Source: Candidatus Krumholzibacteriota bacterium
Lineage (GTDB): Bacteria; Krumholzibacteriota; Krumholzibacteriia; JAJRXK01
NCBI GenBank assembly: GCA_963806035.1
Contig: CAWDWO010000013.1
Coordinates: 32,001 to 96,000, forward strand
Length of the DNA: 64,000 nt
Direction: 5' to 3'
Shown here: positions 49,101 to 57,993 of the stretch, piece after piece
Layout of the letters: the number at the start of each line of letters is the position of its first letter
Numbering within the stretch: the stretch's first letter is position 1
The notes under the pieces: model-generated
Seen by the model: the letters and a program-made list of their open reading frames with translations, nothing else
What the model was told of the DNA's origin: nothing
The model's database searches: none
Made by a program: the position numbers and the translations under genes

Positions 49101-49596
49101 GCTCCTCGAGGAGGAGATTTTGGATCTCAAGGGCGAGGGATTGCCCCGCCTGCACGACATCAAGGTGGAGCTGCAAGTGGGGGCCTATCTTCCCGACGAG
49201 TATTTGCCCGAACCCGAGGAGCGGATCCGCTGGTATCGCGATTTGGGCCGCGTCGGTGACGAGGAGGAGCTGGATTTTCTGGCCGAAGAGCTGCGCGATC
49301 GCTTCGGTCCACCGCCCGAACCTACCAAGAACCTGCTGGATATCACGCGAATCAAGCTCCGGGCGCTGCGGGCCGGGATCGAGGACGTGAGGCGCGTTCG
49401 CCGGGGCGTGCGCATGCTTTTTGGTGGCGGGACGAAGCCAAACGCCTCTATTCTTAACAACTTGGCCGGAACCCAAATGCCGCGCTTGGCGTTCAACGCC
49501 GTGGATCGACTGGAAATGACCGTCGAGGCGTCGCGGGAAGACTCTCTGGTGGCATCCTTGGTCGTGCTGGAAAAGCTCGCCGAATCCGAAAATTGA
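46114..49596 (+). CDS. mfd: Transcription-repair coupling factor
   Basis: RGGIIDVF, VVHAEHGIG, CGDVGFGKTEVA, VDEEQRFG, SATPIPRT, QLRGRVGR, RDLEIRGAGN. Confidence 0.98.
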   Translation: MKAGAPAASELSLDSLERILSIRGLQSWFDGTWKETGAESWAASGIQGSALSCLLSALYSRRKSQWLIVASGLEEAEAICDDLEILSRAPVTYLPELEILPFDRRSPTREILATVQSGLHTLDTGAPGFFVTTIYGLRHKVMSPARLRHYRLVLRRGESVDTDALQEKLAALGYRPAGLVETPGDVALRGGIIDVFSPGQEYPVRMEFFGDELESIRSFETADQRSTGELQSVTILPSGPFVMDDDTLLEALARVESMEEFSPDDRTHLIEKLQDRLHFAGMESLAPFFHEQATLLSYLKPDAPVVFVSPDDLGKRSEELDRETRRVRGDRLAHGDPVPAAKELMATLEELEAELEERSRLWLGEIVLAGSTKAPLSPPADRQTLQMNTRSQERGKGEVQKLLQESSALAKNGQDVFLFCGNRGQTERMGELFEEFDPERSFARPQLRVGSLRAGFSWPEAKLAIFTDHEFFDRYRRPARRPRFHGTARVKDPKTLHSGDFVVHAEHGIGRYLGLRKLTVEGVENEFLLLEYADKDRLYLPTDKLLLLERYEVGESGEPTLHKLGSGQWERTRTRARKAIRAMAQELLSLYAARSSLPGHAFGEDTHLQQEMEASFLHEETKDQLSAVEAVKKDMESPRPMDRLVCGDVGFGKTEVAMRAAFKAVMGGMQVAVLCPTTILAEQHGETFSQRMREFPVRIEVLSRFKSRKEQKETLKRLLKGEIDILVGTHRILGRDVKFAKLGLLVVDEEQRFGVRHKERLKEMRKQVDVMALSATPIPRTLYLSLMGARDMSIIATPPRDRLPIHTEVVPYREDVIEEAILREMHRGGQVFFVHNRVETIDAMAEVVGRIVPHARIAIAHGQMKEAQLEQIMRDFLARKYDVLVTTMIIESGLDMPNVNTILIDRADRLGLSQLYQLRGRVGRSRHLAYAHLMTPSGTTLAPDARKRLAAIQEYTDLGSGYRVAMRDLEIRGAGNILGEAQHGHIASIGFDLYCKLLEEEILDLKGEGLPRLHDIKVELQVGAYLPDEYLPEPEERIRWYRDLGRVGDEEELDFLAEELRDRFGPPPEPTKNLLDITRIKLRALRAGIEDVRRVRRGVRMLFGGGTKPNASILNNLAGTQMPRLAFNAVDRLEMTVEASREDSLVASLVVLEKLAESEN

Positions 49597-49634
49597 CCTC
49601 AGACATTCACGGGGATTTCCTCGAGGAGATGGAA

Positions 49635-51398
49635 ATGGTTTCTCTCGTATCACACACCTCGCGCCGAGGCAGACTCGCGCTCTTTCTACCGATTCTCCTG
49701 GCCCTCTTTCTCGCCGCCTGCGGCAGTACGGATCACGAGAAGATTCCCTTGGCAAAGATCGGGGATGACACGATCACGCTCGCGCAGTTCGAGAGAAAAG
49801 TGAATTCGATGAATCCCAAGTACGTGCCCGACGACATCATGACCAAACAGGGTCAACTCGATTTCCTCGACGCCATGATCAACAAGCGAGTGATGGAGAG
49901 GAAGGGAGACGAGCTGGGATACGCTGAGGATCCCAGCATGAAGCAGACCCTGGAACTCATTCGGCAGAATGCGGCCATGCGACTCATGAAGTCGGAGCTG
50001 GTGAAGGACACCAGCGAGGTCACACCCGAAGAGATGCAGGCCTATTACAAGAACTTCTGCCGTGTCCTGCTGATCTCCTACATGGTCTTCGACACCCAGG
50101 AAGAAGCCGAGAAGGCGCGGAACCTGGTTCTGGGTGGCGAAAGATGGGCGGACGTCGCCGGACGCATGGATTCGGGGGATCCCGGGCCCAGCGGGGATTG
50201 GACTGCCTCCTTGCGCTACGGAACGGTTCCGGATGACGTCGAGCAAGCCGCTTTCGAGTTGAAGCCCCACGAACTCAGCCAGCCGATCCACAACGCCGCC
50301 GGCTACTTCCTCATCAGGCTGGAGGGGGAGACCAAGGACCAGAAGGTGCTTCCCTTCGATCAGATGAAGGACAAGATCCGTCAGAGCGTTCACGACCAGG
50401 CCATGAATCTGGCCACCATCAAGTTCAACGAGGAAGTGCTCGCGAAACACAACTTCAAGTTGAACGAGGATGTCCTGACGATTCTCTATCACGCCCTTCC
50501 CAAGGACAAACCCGTGCTCCCCGTTCCTCCCAAGGAGGAGTGGCCGGATCTGAATATTCAGCCCGGCGACATGAACAAAGTTCTGATGAGTTGGGACGGA
50601 GATAGCTGGGATCTGCGGCGTTTCTACGATTACTACAAGGCGACAGCTTGGTTGGGCCGTCCCCGCCGCGACAAGCGTCTGGGCGGTCTGCGGAGCTTCG
50701 TGACGCAAATCGCGAGCAAGGCGATCATGCCGATCGAGGCCAAGGAGCGCGGCTTCTATGACCGGCCGCAGATCAACGATCTGGTGCGCTCCCGCAAGCA
50801 ACAGATGGTCGTCACCAAGCTCCACCACGACCTGATTTCGCCCGACGTGAAGCCCACCGATGAGCAGTACCAAAAGTACTGGGACGAGCACAAAGAGGAG
50901 TATCAGAAGCCTCCCTTCCACGAGGGAGTCGTGCTCGTGAACCACGACGAGGCAAAGATCCGCACCGCGCGCAAGGAAGCCACCAAGCAGGGCGATTGGA
51001 GCGATCTGGTCGAGAAGTACGGGGAGGAATCCCTGATGCCCAAGGACAAGGGCGCTCATTTCGGGCCGGTCGCCCAGGTCAACATCAATCCGCGCACCCC
51101 CCTGCTGTGGCAGCAGAAGGAAATCGGAGAGATCTGCGATCCCATGCAACTGAGTGATGGCACCTGGGGAATCGGACGTCTCGACAAGATCCAACCGGCC
51201 CAAGAGGTCGCTCTCAAGGATGTGTTCGCCAACGTGCGTCAAAAGGTCGAGGCCGAGGTTTCCGAGCAGATTTTCCAGGAAAAGGTGGGGGCCTGGCGCA
51301 AGGAGTATGGCGTCAAGACCTTCCCGGAGAACCTGAAGAAGGCGGTGCTCAAGCCGAAGACCGCTAGCGGAGAGGCGTCTGGGGAAGAGGTTTCATGA
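49635..51398 (+). CDS. Parvulin-type peptidyl-prolyl isomerase/chaperone lipoprotein (PrsA/PpiD-like, duplicated architecture)
   Basis: Lipobox LAAC; LAKIGDDTIT; AAFELKPHELSQPI..GYFLIRL; located between mfd and surA. Confidence 0.85.
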   Translation: MVSLVSHTSRRGRLALFLPILLALFLAACGSTDHEKIPLAKIGDDTITLAQFERKVNSMNPKYVPDDIMTKQGQLDFLDAMINKRVMERKGDELGYAEDPSMKQTLELIRQNAAMRLMKSELVKDTSEVTPEEMQAYYKNFCRVLLISYMVFDTQEEAEKARNLVLGGERWADVAGRMDSGDPGPSGDWTASLRYGTVPDDVEQAAFELKPHELSQPIHNAAGYFLIRLEGETKDQKVLPFDQMKDKIRQSVHDQAMNLATIKFNEEVLAKHNFKLNEDVLTILYHALPKDKPVLPVPPKEEWPDLNIQPGDMNKVLMSWDGDSWDLRRFYDYYKATAWLGRPRRDKRLGGLRSFVTQIASKAIMPIEAKERGFYDRPQINDLVRSRKQQMVVTKLHHDLISPDVKPTDEQYQKYWDEHKEEYQKPPFHEGVVLVNHDEAKIRTARKEATKQGDWSDLVEKYGEESLMPKDKGAHFGPVAQVNINPRTPLLWQQKEIGEICDPMQLSDGTWGIGRLDKIQPAQEVALKDVFANVRQKVEAEVSEQIFQEKVGAWRKEYGVKTFPENLKKAVLKPKTASGEASGEEVS

Positions 51399-52726
51399 TC
51401 ACCGATCCGCATCGTTTCCTGCGCCAGTGGGGCCTTTCGTCGTGCCTGCTGTTGCTTCTGGCTCTTAGCCTGAAGGCGATTCCCGCGTGCGCTCAGGGTC
51501 CCGAGTTGGTGGACCGTATCGTGGCGGTGGTGGACGACGAGGCCATTCTGGCCAGCGATCTGCAGCGAGAGGTGGAATCGTACAAATTCGATCAATCCCA
51601 GCAGGGCCAGACCACGAACGAGGACGACGCCACGATTCGCAAGGAGATGCTGGACCGGCTCATCGACGTGAAACTGCTGGTGGCGCAGGCCAAGTTGGAT
51701 GGCATCGAGGTGAAGGACGAGGAGGTCGACCAGGCGGTGGCGCGCAGTCTGGACGACATCATCTCGCGCTTCGGCACCAAAGCGGAGTTGGTGAAGGAGC
51801 TGGCCCGCAATGGAATGACCTTCGACGATCTGCAGGCGCGCAACCGCGACCTCATCCGCAACCGGCTCTACACCAGCCGCATGATCTCCACTCACATTCG
51901 CCCGCTCATCGAGGTGCGCGAAGACGAAGTGCGCGCGTTCTACAAAGATCATCTCGATGAGGTGCCTCATTCGCCCGAAACCATCACGGTTTCCAACGTT
52001 CTGGTCGTTCCTCAGCCCGAGGAGAAAGCCCAGAAAGCACTGACGGCCAAGCTGGATGCCATTCATGCCGCATTCGACGCGGGCAAGAGCTTCGAGGATG
52101 TCGCGAAGCAATACTCCGAAGGTCCCAACGCCAAGAATGGCGGACTCCTGGGTTCCTTCAACAAGGGCGATCTCTTCCATCCCGTGCTCGAAGAGATGGC
52201 CTGGTCCCTTCCGGTGGGGAAGGTTTCCGATCCGGTGACCACCGAGCTCGGAGTGCACATTCTGAAAGTGGTGGAGCGCACCGACACCAAGGTGACCCTG
52301 CGCCAGATTCTCCTGCGGGTCCCCATTACCGACGCGGACTGGGCGAGGGCCAAGGACCGGGCGGAGGAGGTCTACCAGAAGGCCGCGGCAGGCCAGGATT
52401 TCACCACGCTGGTTGAGAATTATTCGGACGATCCCAACAGCCGGCAGAAGAACGGCCTCCTGGGCACTTTCCCCCTGGAAAAGTTGACGCCGGCCTTCCG
52501 CAACGCCCTGAACGGGCTGAAGCCCGGCGAAGTGGGCAAGCCGGTGAAGGGTACCGCGGGATACTTCGTGCTCCACCTGGATTCCAAGCAACCCGCCCAC
52601 GTGATGTCCTTCGAAGAGGTGAAGGACCAGGTTCACTCCGCGGTCGAGGATCAGAAGATCCAGGCCGAATTGGACAAGTTCTTGAAGGGTTTGCGCAAGA
52701 AATTCTACATCGACGTCAAGATGTGA
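51395..52726 (+). CDS. surA: SurA-like periplasmic chaperone/PPIase
   Basis: VDRIVAVVDDEAILASD; two parvulin domains (FEDVAKQYS..GGLLG; YSDDP..GLLG). Confidence 0.9.
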   Translation: MITDPHRFLRQWGLSSCLLLLLALSLKAIPACAQGPELVDRIVAVVDDEAILASDLQREVESYKFDQSQQGQTTNEDDATIRKEMLDRLIDVKLLVAQAKLDGIEVKDEEVDQAVARSLDDIISRFGTKAELVKELARNGMTFDDLQARNRDLIRNRLYTSRMISTHIRPLIEVREDEVRAFYKDHLDEVPHSPETITVSNVLVVPQPEEKAQKALTAKLDAIHAAFDAGKSFEDVAKQYSEGPNAKNGGLLGSFNKGDLFHPVLEEMAWSLPVGKVSDPVTTELGVHILKVVERTDTKVTLRQILLRVPITDADWARAKDRAEEVYQKAAAGQDFTTLVENYSDDPNSRQKNGLLGTFPLEKLTPAFRNALNGLKPGEVGKPVKGTAGYFVLHLDSKQPAHVMSFEEVKDQVHSAVEDQKIQAELDKFLKGLRKKFYIDVKM

Positions 52727-52788
52727 TTGCTGGCCTTCTTGTTGCAATGCTGGCCGACAAGGTGTCACTTTGTTGCCAGTAGGACCTC

Positions 52789-53655
52789 ATGAGCCAAAAG
52801 CCCGAACAGCCACAGACGGAACTCGACTCCGTGCGCATCGCCCAGGATCCCCGGGTCATCATTTCCATGTATCACGCCGATCTTCGCTACGGGGAGCATT
52901 ACGCCCTGCGCGACGTGAATCTCCAGGTTGCCAACGGCGAGTTCCTCTTCCTGGTGGGACCATCGGGGGCGGGAAAGAGCAGTCTCTTGCGGCTGCTCAC
53001 CATGGACGAGTTTCCCACCTCGGGGCGCGTGGTGGTGGGATCCTTCGTGTCCAGCCGGATGGAACGCTCTCGTATCCCGAAACTCCGCCGCGAGATCGGA
53101 GTCGTGTTTCAGGATTTCCGGCTGCTCGACGATCGCAACGTCTTCGACAACATCGCATTCGCCCAGATGGTCATCGGAGTGAACAGCGCGGAGATCAAGC
53201 GCAACGTTTCGCGCGTGCTCAACTGGGTGGGTCTGCACCACAAGCGAAACCAGGACGTTCTCACCCTCAGCGGGGGTGAGCGCCAGCGGGTTGCCATCGC
53301 TCGCGCCATCGTCAACAGCCCCAGAATTCTTTTGGCCGACGAACCCACGGGAAACCTCGATCCCGAAGTCAGCCAGGAGGTCATCGACCTCCTCTTCAGA
53401 ATCAACTCCGCGGGAACCGCGGTGGTGATGTGCACCCATGACCACATCATGGTCCGTCAATACGGAGAGCGCATCGTGAAGCTGGACGGAGGAAGGGTCG
53501 TGGCGGACGTCGAGCGTTACCGTCCTCAGGTTTCGCGCGAGGAACGCGCCGTGGCGAACAAGGCCTATCAGCCCTTGAAGGAAGGCGAGCAACGCCGTGC
53601 TCCGGAAACCTGGAGCGAGAATCTCATCGAGATCAAGAGCGAGGAGAGGGGCTGA
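52789..53655 (+). CDS. ftsE: Cell division ATP-binding protein
   Basis: GPSGAGKS, VVFQDFRLL, LSGGERQRV, ADEPTGNLD; upstream of ftsX. Confidence 0.95.
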   Translation: MSQKPEQPQTELDSVRIAQDPRVIISMYHADLRYGEHYALRDVNLQVANGEFLFLVGPSGAGKSSLLRLLTMDEFPTSGRVVVGSFVSSRMERSRIPKLRREIGVVFQDFRLLDDRNVFDNIAFAQMVIGVNSAEIKRNVSRVLNWVGLHHKRNQDVLTLSGGERQRVAIARAIVNSPRILLADEPTGNLDPEVSQEVIDLLFRINSAGTAVVMCTHDHIMVRQYGERIVKLDGGRVVADVERYRPQVSREERAVANKAYQPLKEGEQRRAPETWSENLIEIKSEERG

Positions 53656-54530
53656 TGTACGGCACGACGCAGATGAAGCACTTCGTGCGCGAAGCGCTCC
53701 TGGGCCTGGCGCGCCGGCGTGTCAGCGGCACCGTTGCCGTGCTCATCATGGGCTCGGCCCTTCTCATGCTGGCGCTCTTCAGCCTCATCACAATCAATCT
53801 CGATCGGGTTCTGCAATCGGTACGCGGCGACATCGACGCCGAGGTGTTTCTTCAGCCGAGCGTGTCGCCCGATCAGCAGCAGACTCTGCAGCACGAGATT
53901 CTCGCGGTGTACGGGGTGAAATCCGTCTACTACGTGAGCAAGGCGAAGGCGCTGGAGGAATTCCGCGCCGACCTCGGCAACGACGCATCTCTTCTGGACG
54001 GCTTCTCCGAAAATCCACTTCCCGCCTCCTTCCGGTTGCAGTTCGATGACGAGGTGGTGCACGACGCCGCCAAGATGGACGATCTCGTGCGGGTTCTGAA
54101 GCAGTTTCCCTGGGTCGAGGATGTCGTCTCGCAGGTGGAAACCGTGCATCGCCTCGATCGCCTGGCGCGCATCTTCAAAGTGGTCGACCTGATCGTCGGC
54201 CTCCTGGTTTTGGTCTCGGCCATCTTCGTGATTTCCAACACGGTGCGCCTCACCGTGGAGGAGCGAGCGCGCAGCATCGACATCATGAAACAGGTGGGCG
54301 CCACCAATTGGTTCATTCGAACTCCCTTCCTTCTCGGAGGGGCCTTGCAGGGCGCGGCCGCCGGCGCTCTGGCCATGATCCTTCTCCTGATCGCCCACCG
54401 TTTCTTGCAGCGAGAAATCAGCGGCGTCTACTTCTTCGCGAGCGGACAAATCATCGGTTTCGTAATTTTGAGCACTCTCTTGGGCGTCGTGGGCAGTGGG
54501 GCAGCGCTGCGGCGCCATCTGCGCCTGTGA
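53655..54530 (+). CDS. ftsX: Cell division permease
   Basis: 4 TM; NPLPAS, ISNTVRL, IMKQVGATNWFIRTPF. Confidence 0.95.
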   Translation: MYGTTQMKHFVREALLGLARRRVSGTVAVLIMGSALLMLALFSLITINLDRVLQSVRGDIDAEVFLQPSVSPDQQQTLQHEILAVYGVKSVYYVSKAKALEEFRADLGNDASLLDGFSENPLPASFRLQFDDEVVHDAAKMDDLVRVLKQFPWVEDVVSQVETVHRLDRLARIFKVVDLIVGLLVLVSAIFVISNTVRLTVEERARSIDIMKQVGATNWFIRTPFLLGGALQGAAAGALAMILLLIAHRFLQREISGVYFFASGQIIGFVILSTLLGVVGSGAALRRHLRL

Positions 54531-54535
54531 TCGGG

Positions 54536-55735
54536 ATGCGAAGCATCGCCTCATCCGGCCACCCCAAGCCGCGGCTTTCGTTCTGGCTCGTCGCCCTGCT
54601 GCTGCTCGGTGTCCTGAAATCCACGCCGGTCTCTGCCCAGTCGCAGAACGACCCGACTCTCGACGACAAGCAACAGCAGCTCGAACAGCTGCGATCCGAG
54701 ATCAAGAAATCGCGCAACAAGGCCAACGCTCTCGCACAGGACGAGGGAAAGCAGTTGAAGCGTCTACAGGCCCTGGAACAGGAAGCGGCCGACACCAAGA
54801 AACTTCTGGATGGACTCAACGCCCGCCAGGACGAACTCCTGCAAGAGGTGAGTTCGTTGCAAAGCGAAATCGCGCGCAGCGATTCGAGCGCTTCTCTGCG
54901 CCGCGCGCGCCTGGCTTCTCAATTGCGCCACATGTACATGTACCGCAGCCAGAGCACCTTCGCCGTGCTCGCGACCAGTGGCGAGTTGGATCAATTGGGT
55001 CGGAAGATGCGCGCCATGACATCGATTGCACGCGCCGAACGAAGTTTCATCGAGGACATTCAGGAGAGCCGTTCCGTCCTGCAGGACAAGGAAGCCGAGC
55101 TGGACGAGCGCTTGGCGCAGCTCGAACAAAACCGCGGCCAGGTGCAGCAACAACGGGCGCGGGTGGACGCCCTCAAACAGGAGCGGCGCGAGCAGCTGGA
55201 TCAGATCAAGAAGGAGCGCAATCGCTGGGATTCCTCTTTGAAGGAGCTGCAGCAATCGGCGGCACAGTTGGAAGACCTCATGACACAACTGGAGAAACAG
55301 GGTCAGAAGCATGGAGCCCAGCTCAACGCCGATTTTCCCGCCCTGAAGGGACAGCTTATCATGCCGGTGGCCGGAAGCATCACGCAGGGCTTTGGGCGTT
55401 CCGTCCATCCCCGATTCAAGACGGTCGTGGTGAATCGCGGGATCAACATCGCGGCCGCCATGGGCGCTCCCATCCGCGTAGTTGCGCAGGGTGTCGTCGA
55501 TTACGTGAACTGGTTGCCCGGCTATGGCAAGTGCATTATCGTCAACCACGGCGACGGTTGGTACACCCTCTACGCTCATTGCTCGCAGATCTTCCCCGCG
55601 GTATCGGCAACGGTCCAATCCGGCGAGGTGATCGCGGAAGTGGGAGATACGGGCTCACTCGATGGCAGTCAACTCTACTTCGAAATTCGACACGGAAAGA
55701 CTCCCGTCGATCCCGCGCCCTGGTTTCGCCGCTGA
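54536..55735 (+). CDS. envC: Murein hydrolase activator (coiled coil + degenerate M23)
   Basis: Signal peptide, long coiled coil, NRGINI (Zn ligands lost), YTLYAH, LYFEIR; follows ftsEX. Confidence 0.9.
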   Translation: MRSIASSGHPKPRLSFWLVALLLLGVLKSTPVSAQSQNDPTLDDKQQQLEQLRSEIKKSRNKANALAQDEGKQLKRLQALEQEAADTKKLLDGLNARQDELLQEVSSLQSEIARSDSSASLRRARLASQLRHMYMYRSQSTFAVLATSGELDQLGRKMRAMTSIARAERSFIEDIQESRSVLQDKEAELDERLAQLEQNRGQVQQQRARVDALKQERREQLDQIKKERNRWDSSLKELQQSAAQLEDLMTQLEKQGQKHGAQLNADFPALKGQLIMPVAGSITQGFGRSVHPRFKTVVVNRGINIAAAMGAPIRVVAQGVVDYVNWLPGYGKCIIVNHGDGWYTLYAHCSQIFPAVSATVQSGEVIAEVGDTGSLDGSQLYFEIRHGKTPVDPAPWFRR

Positions 55736-55792
55736 TCCCCCGCCCAAACTCTGCCCATCGAGCCTCTCCTTTGCGATTTTGACGGTGCGCTC

Positions 55793-56926
55793 ATGAGCGG
55801 CGGACTCGATCCTCTGCAGCGCAGCCCGGCCTTGACCAGCCTCGCCCGGGCGGCCCGCAGCGGCGAGCTGCCCAACAGCCTTCTTCTGGAGGGACCGGAG
55901 GGTTGCGGCAAACAGGAGGTCGCGCTCGCGCTGGCCGAGATTCTCCTGGAGGAGAACGCCGGGGACTCCCGCGGGCGCGTGGCGCGGCTCTCGCACCCCG
56001 ATCTCCTCTTCGTGTTTCCTGCGCAGGCCAACCTGAAGGTGGAGGGCTATCGCGAAATCCTCGACGCCAAGGCGGAAGAGCCCCTGGCACGAATCCGGCA
56101 GGCGAGCACCGCGATCATCGCGATCGGCGAGGTGGACAACCCGGGCTTTTGTACCATCCGGCGCGTGCGCCGTTTCGCCGAGGCCGTGCCCTTCGAGGCG
56201 CCTCGTAAAGTGGTGATACTGGCCGACGCCCATCGCATGAATCGCGCGGCGGCGAATGCTCTGCTCAAGACTCTGGAGGAACCACCGGCCACCGCGGTAC
56301 TCCTTCTCTGTTCGCACCAGACCCATCTCATGCCCGCCACCGTGCGCAGCCGCTGCGCGCGCGTCCGGGTACCCGCCTTCAGCGAGGAGGATCTGAGGAG
56401 ACGGCTCAGCGAAAAGCACGGCCTCGATCAGGATGCGGCCGAGCAGATCGCGGCGGTCAGCGGCGGCAACGCCCGCCGCGCGCTCGATCTCATCGACCCC
56501 CAGTCGCTCATGGTGGCCTCCTGGGCGCGCACCCTGCTGACGCGGCTGCTCTCGGCGGAGCGAGCCGATCTTCTGGCGGGAGCCGAACGAGTTTCCAAGG
56601 GACAGGATCCCAAGGGCGGCAAGGGCGCCAAGCTCACCGACGCCAGCCTGAGCGCTTCACGCGACGTGGCGATGCGCACCATCGATTTTCTCGTGGCCGA
56701 TCTTCTGTCGCTGGTCCGTTTGCGTGAGGGATTCAAGGAGAATCGCGCGCTGACGGAGCGTCTCTCCAAGTGGCTTCGCCAAGAGCCGTCCATCGATCCG
56801 GGCCGCGCCGCCAAGATCCTCCTCAGAGCGCGCGATGATTTGGCCTTGAACGTGAACGTGGGATTGGTTCTCACCCATGCCTTCATGGAAGCGCTCGACT
56901 CCGCCGCGGCAAGAGGGAACGCGTAG
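55793..56926 (+). CDS. holB: DNA polymerase III delta-prime subunit
   Basis: GPEGCGK, HPD, AANALLKTLEEPP, TVRSRC. Confidence 0.9.
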   Translation: MSGGLDPLQRSPALTSLARAARSGELPNSLLLEGPEGCGKQEVALALAEILLEENAGDSRGRVARLSHPDLLFVFPAQANLKVEGYREILDAKAEEPLARIRQASTAIIAIGEVDNPGFCTIRRVRRFAEAVPFEAPRKVVILADAHRMNRAAANALLKTLEEPPATAVLLLCSHQTHLMPATVRSRCARVRVPAFSEEDLRRRLSEKHGLDQDAAEQIAAVSGGNARRALDLIDPQSLMVASWARTLLTRLLSAERADLLAGAERVSKGQDPKGGKGAKLTDASLSASRDVAMRTIDFLVADLLSLVRLREGFKENRALTERLSKWLRQEPSIDPGRAAKILLRARDDLALNVNVGLVLTHAFMEALDSAAARGNA

Positions 56927-56929
56927 CTC

Positions 56930-57763
56930 ATGGCGGGACTCATCGACAGCCATCTCCATTTGGGCAGGGAGGAGTTTGACTCCGACCGCGAGAACGTGCG
57001 CGCGCGGGCCAGGGACGCGGGGGTGTGCGCGTTTCTCCACGTTGGTTTCGATTCCCCCTCCATCGAGGCGGCCCTGCGGCAGGCGGAAGGACGAAAGGAC
57101 GAATGGGTGGCCGCCGGCATTCATCCGCACGACGCGCGCGAGTGGGGTCCTTCGTCCGAGAAGCTCCTCGAAGAGCTGGCCAAGGCGGGCCGCATCGTGG
57201 CGGTGGGGGAGTGCGGTCTGGATTTCTATCGCGACCTTTCCCCCCGGCCGCTGCAAGAGCTCGCCTTCCGCGCCCAGATCGCGCTGGCCAAAGCTCTCGG
57301 GCTTCCCATGATCTACCACGTGCGCGATGCCTACCCCGAGGCCAAGCGGATCCTGCTCGAGGAGGGTCTGCCGCCCCGCCGCGGCATCTTCCACGCCTTC
57401 GCCGGTGACGCCGAGTTCGCGGCCTGGGCGAAAGACGAGGGCTTCCTCTTGGGGGTGGGGGGACCGCTCACTTACCCCAAGTCCAAGCTACCCGAGGCGA
57501 TCGAGAAGATCCCGCGCGAGAGCTTGATCCTGGAGACGGACGCTCCCTGGCTCCCGCCCCAGCCCTTCCGCGGGCGGCGCAACGAGCCGGCCTATCTGCG
57601 CATCACCGCGGAGCATCTCGCGCTGGCCCAGGGGGTTTCGGTGGACGAGCTGGCGCGCGGAATGGCGGAGTCCTTCGCCTCCCTTTTCGGCGTGGAATTT
57701 ACCGACACATTTGACGCTTTCGTCCCTTCCCGCCGCGCCATTCCCAAAGGGCGGGCGCGTTGA
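56930..57763 (+). CDS. tatD: TatD family DNase
   Basis: IDSHLH, GIHPH, VGECGLD, HVRDA, LETDAPWL..RNEP. Confidence 0.95.
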   Translation: MAGLIDSHLHLGREEFDSDRENVRARARDAGVCAFLHVGFDSPSIEAALRQAEGRKDEWVAAGIHPHDAREWGPSSEKLLEELAKAGRIVAVGECGLDFYRDLSPRPLQELAFRAQIALAKALGLPMIYHVRDAYPEAKRILLEEGLPPRRGIFHAFAGDAEFAAWAKDEGFLLGVGGPLTYPKSKLPEAIEKIPRESLILETDAPWLPPQPFRGRRNEPAYLRITAEHLALAQGVSVDELARGMAESFASLFGVEFTDTFDAFVPSRRAIPKGRAR

Positions 57764-57789
57764 CAGGCCAAGGTCTCGGGTGCTATCCT
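57760..57789 (+). promoter_or_regulatory. sigma70 promoter TTGACA-N18-TATCCT with extended TG
   Basis: Perfect -35 overlapping the tatD stop codon; TGCTATCCT. Confidence 0.65.
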
Positions 57790-57794
57790 CGTGA

Positions 57795-57991
57795 AATCAA
57801 ACCAGGACCGGATTTTGACCGGTCTCCCCTGCCAACTCGCCTCTCCTCTCCGGAGGTCTTGCCACCGCATCTGTGCTACGGTTCGCGCTCGGATCGAGCG
57901 TGTCCCCGAGTTTTTCGAACTCGGGCATCGAGGGGAACTGGTTCCCCAGTGGTTCAAGGCCGGCTTCGTGACGGCGCTCTCGCTTTTTGGT
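57795..57991 (+). ncRNA. Candidate structured RNA (sRNA or rsmA leader)
   Basis: Six hairpins in ~195 nt directly after a promoter, ending in a T-run. Confidence 0.45.
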
Positions 57992-57993
57992 GT

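Noticed and set aside
55380..55735. Loss of Zn ligands in the M23 domain as a novelty
   Set aside because: This is the established EnvC state next to ftsEX
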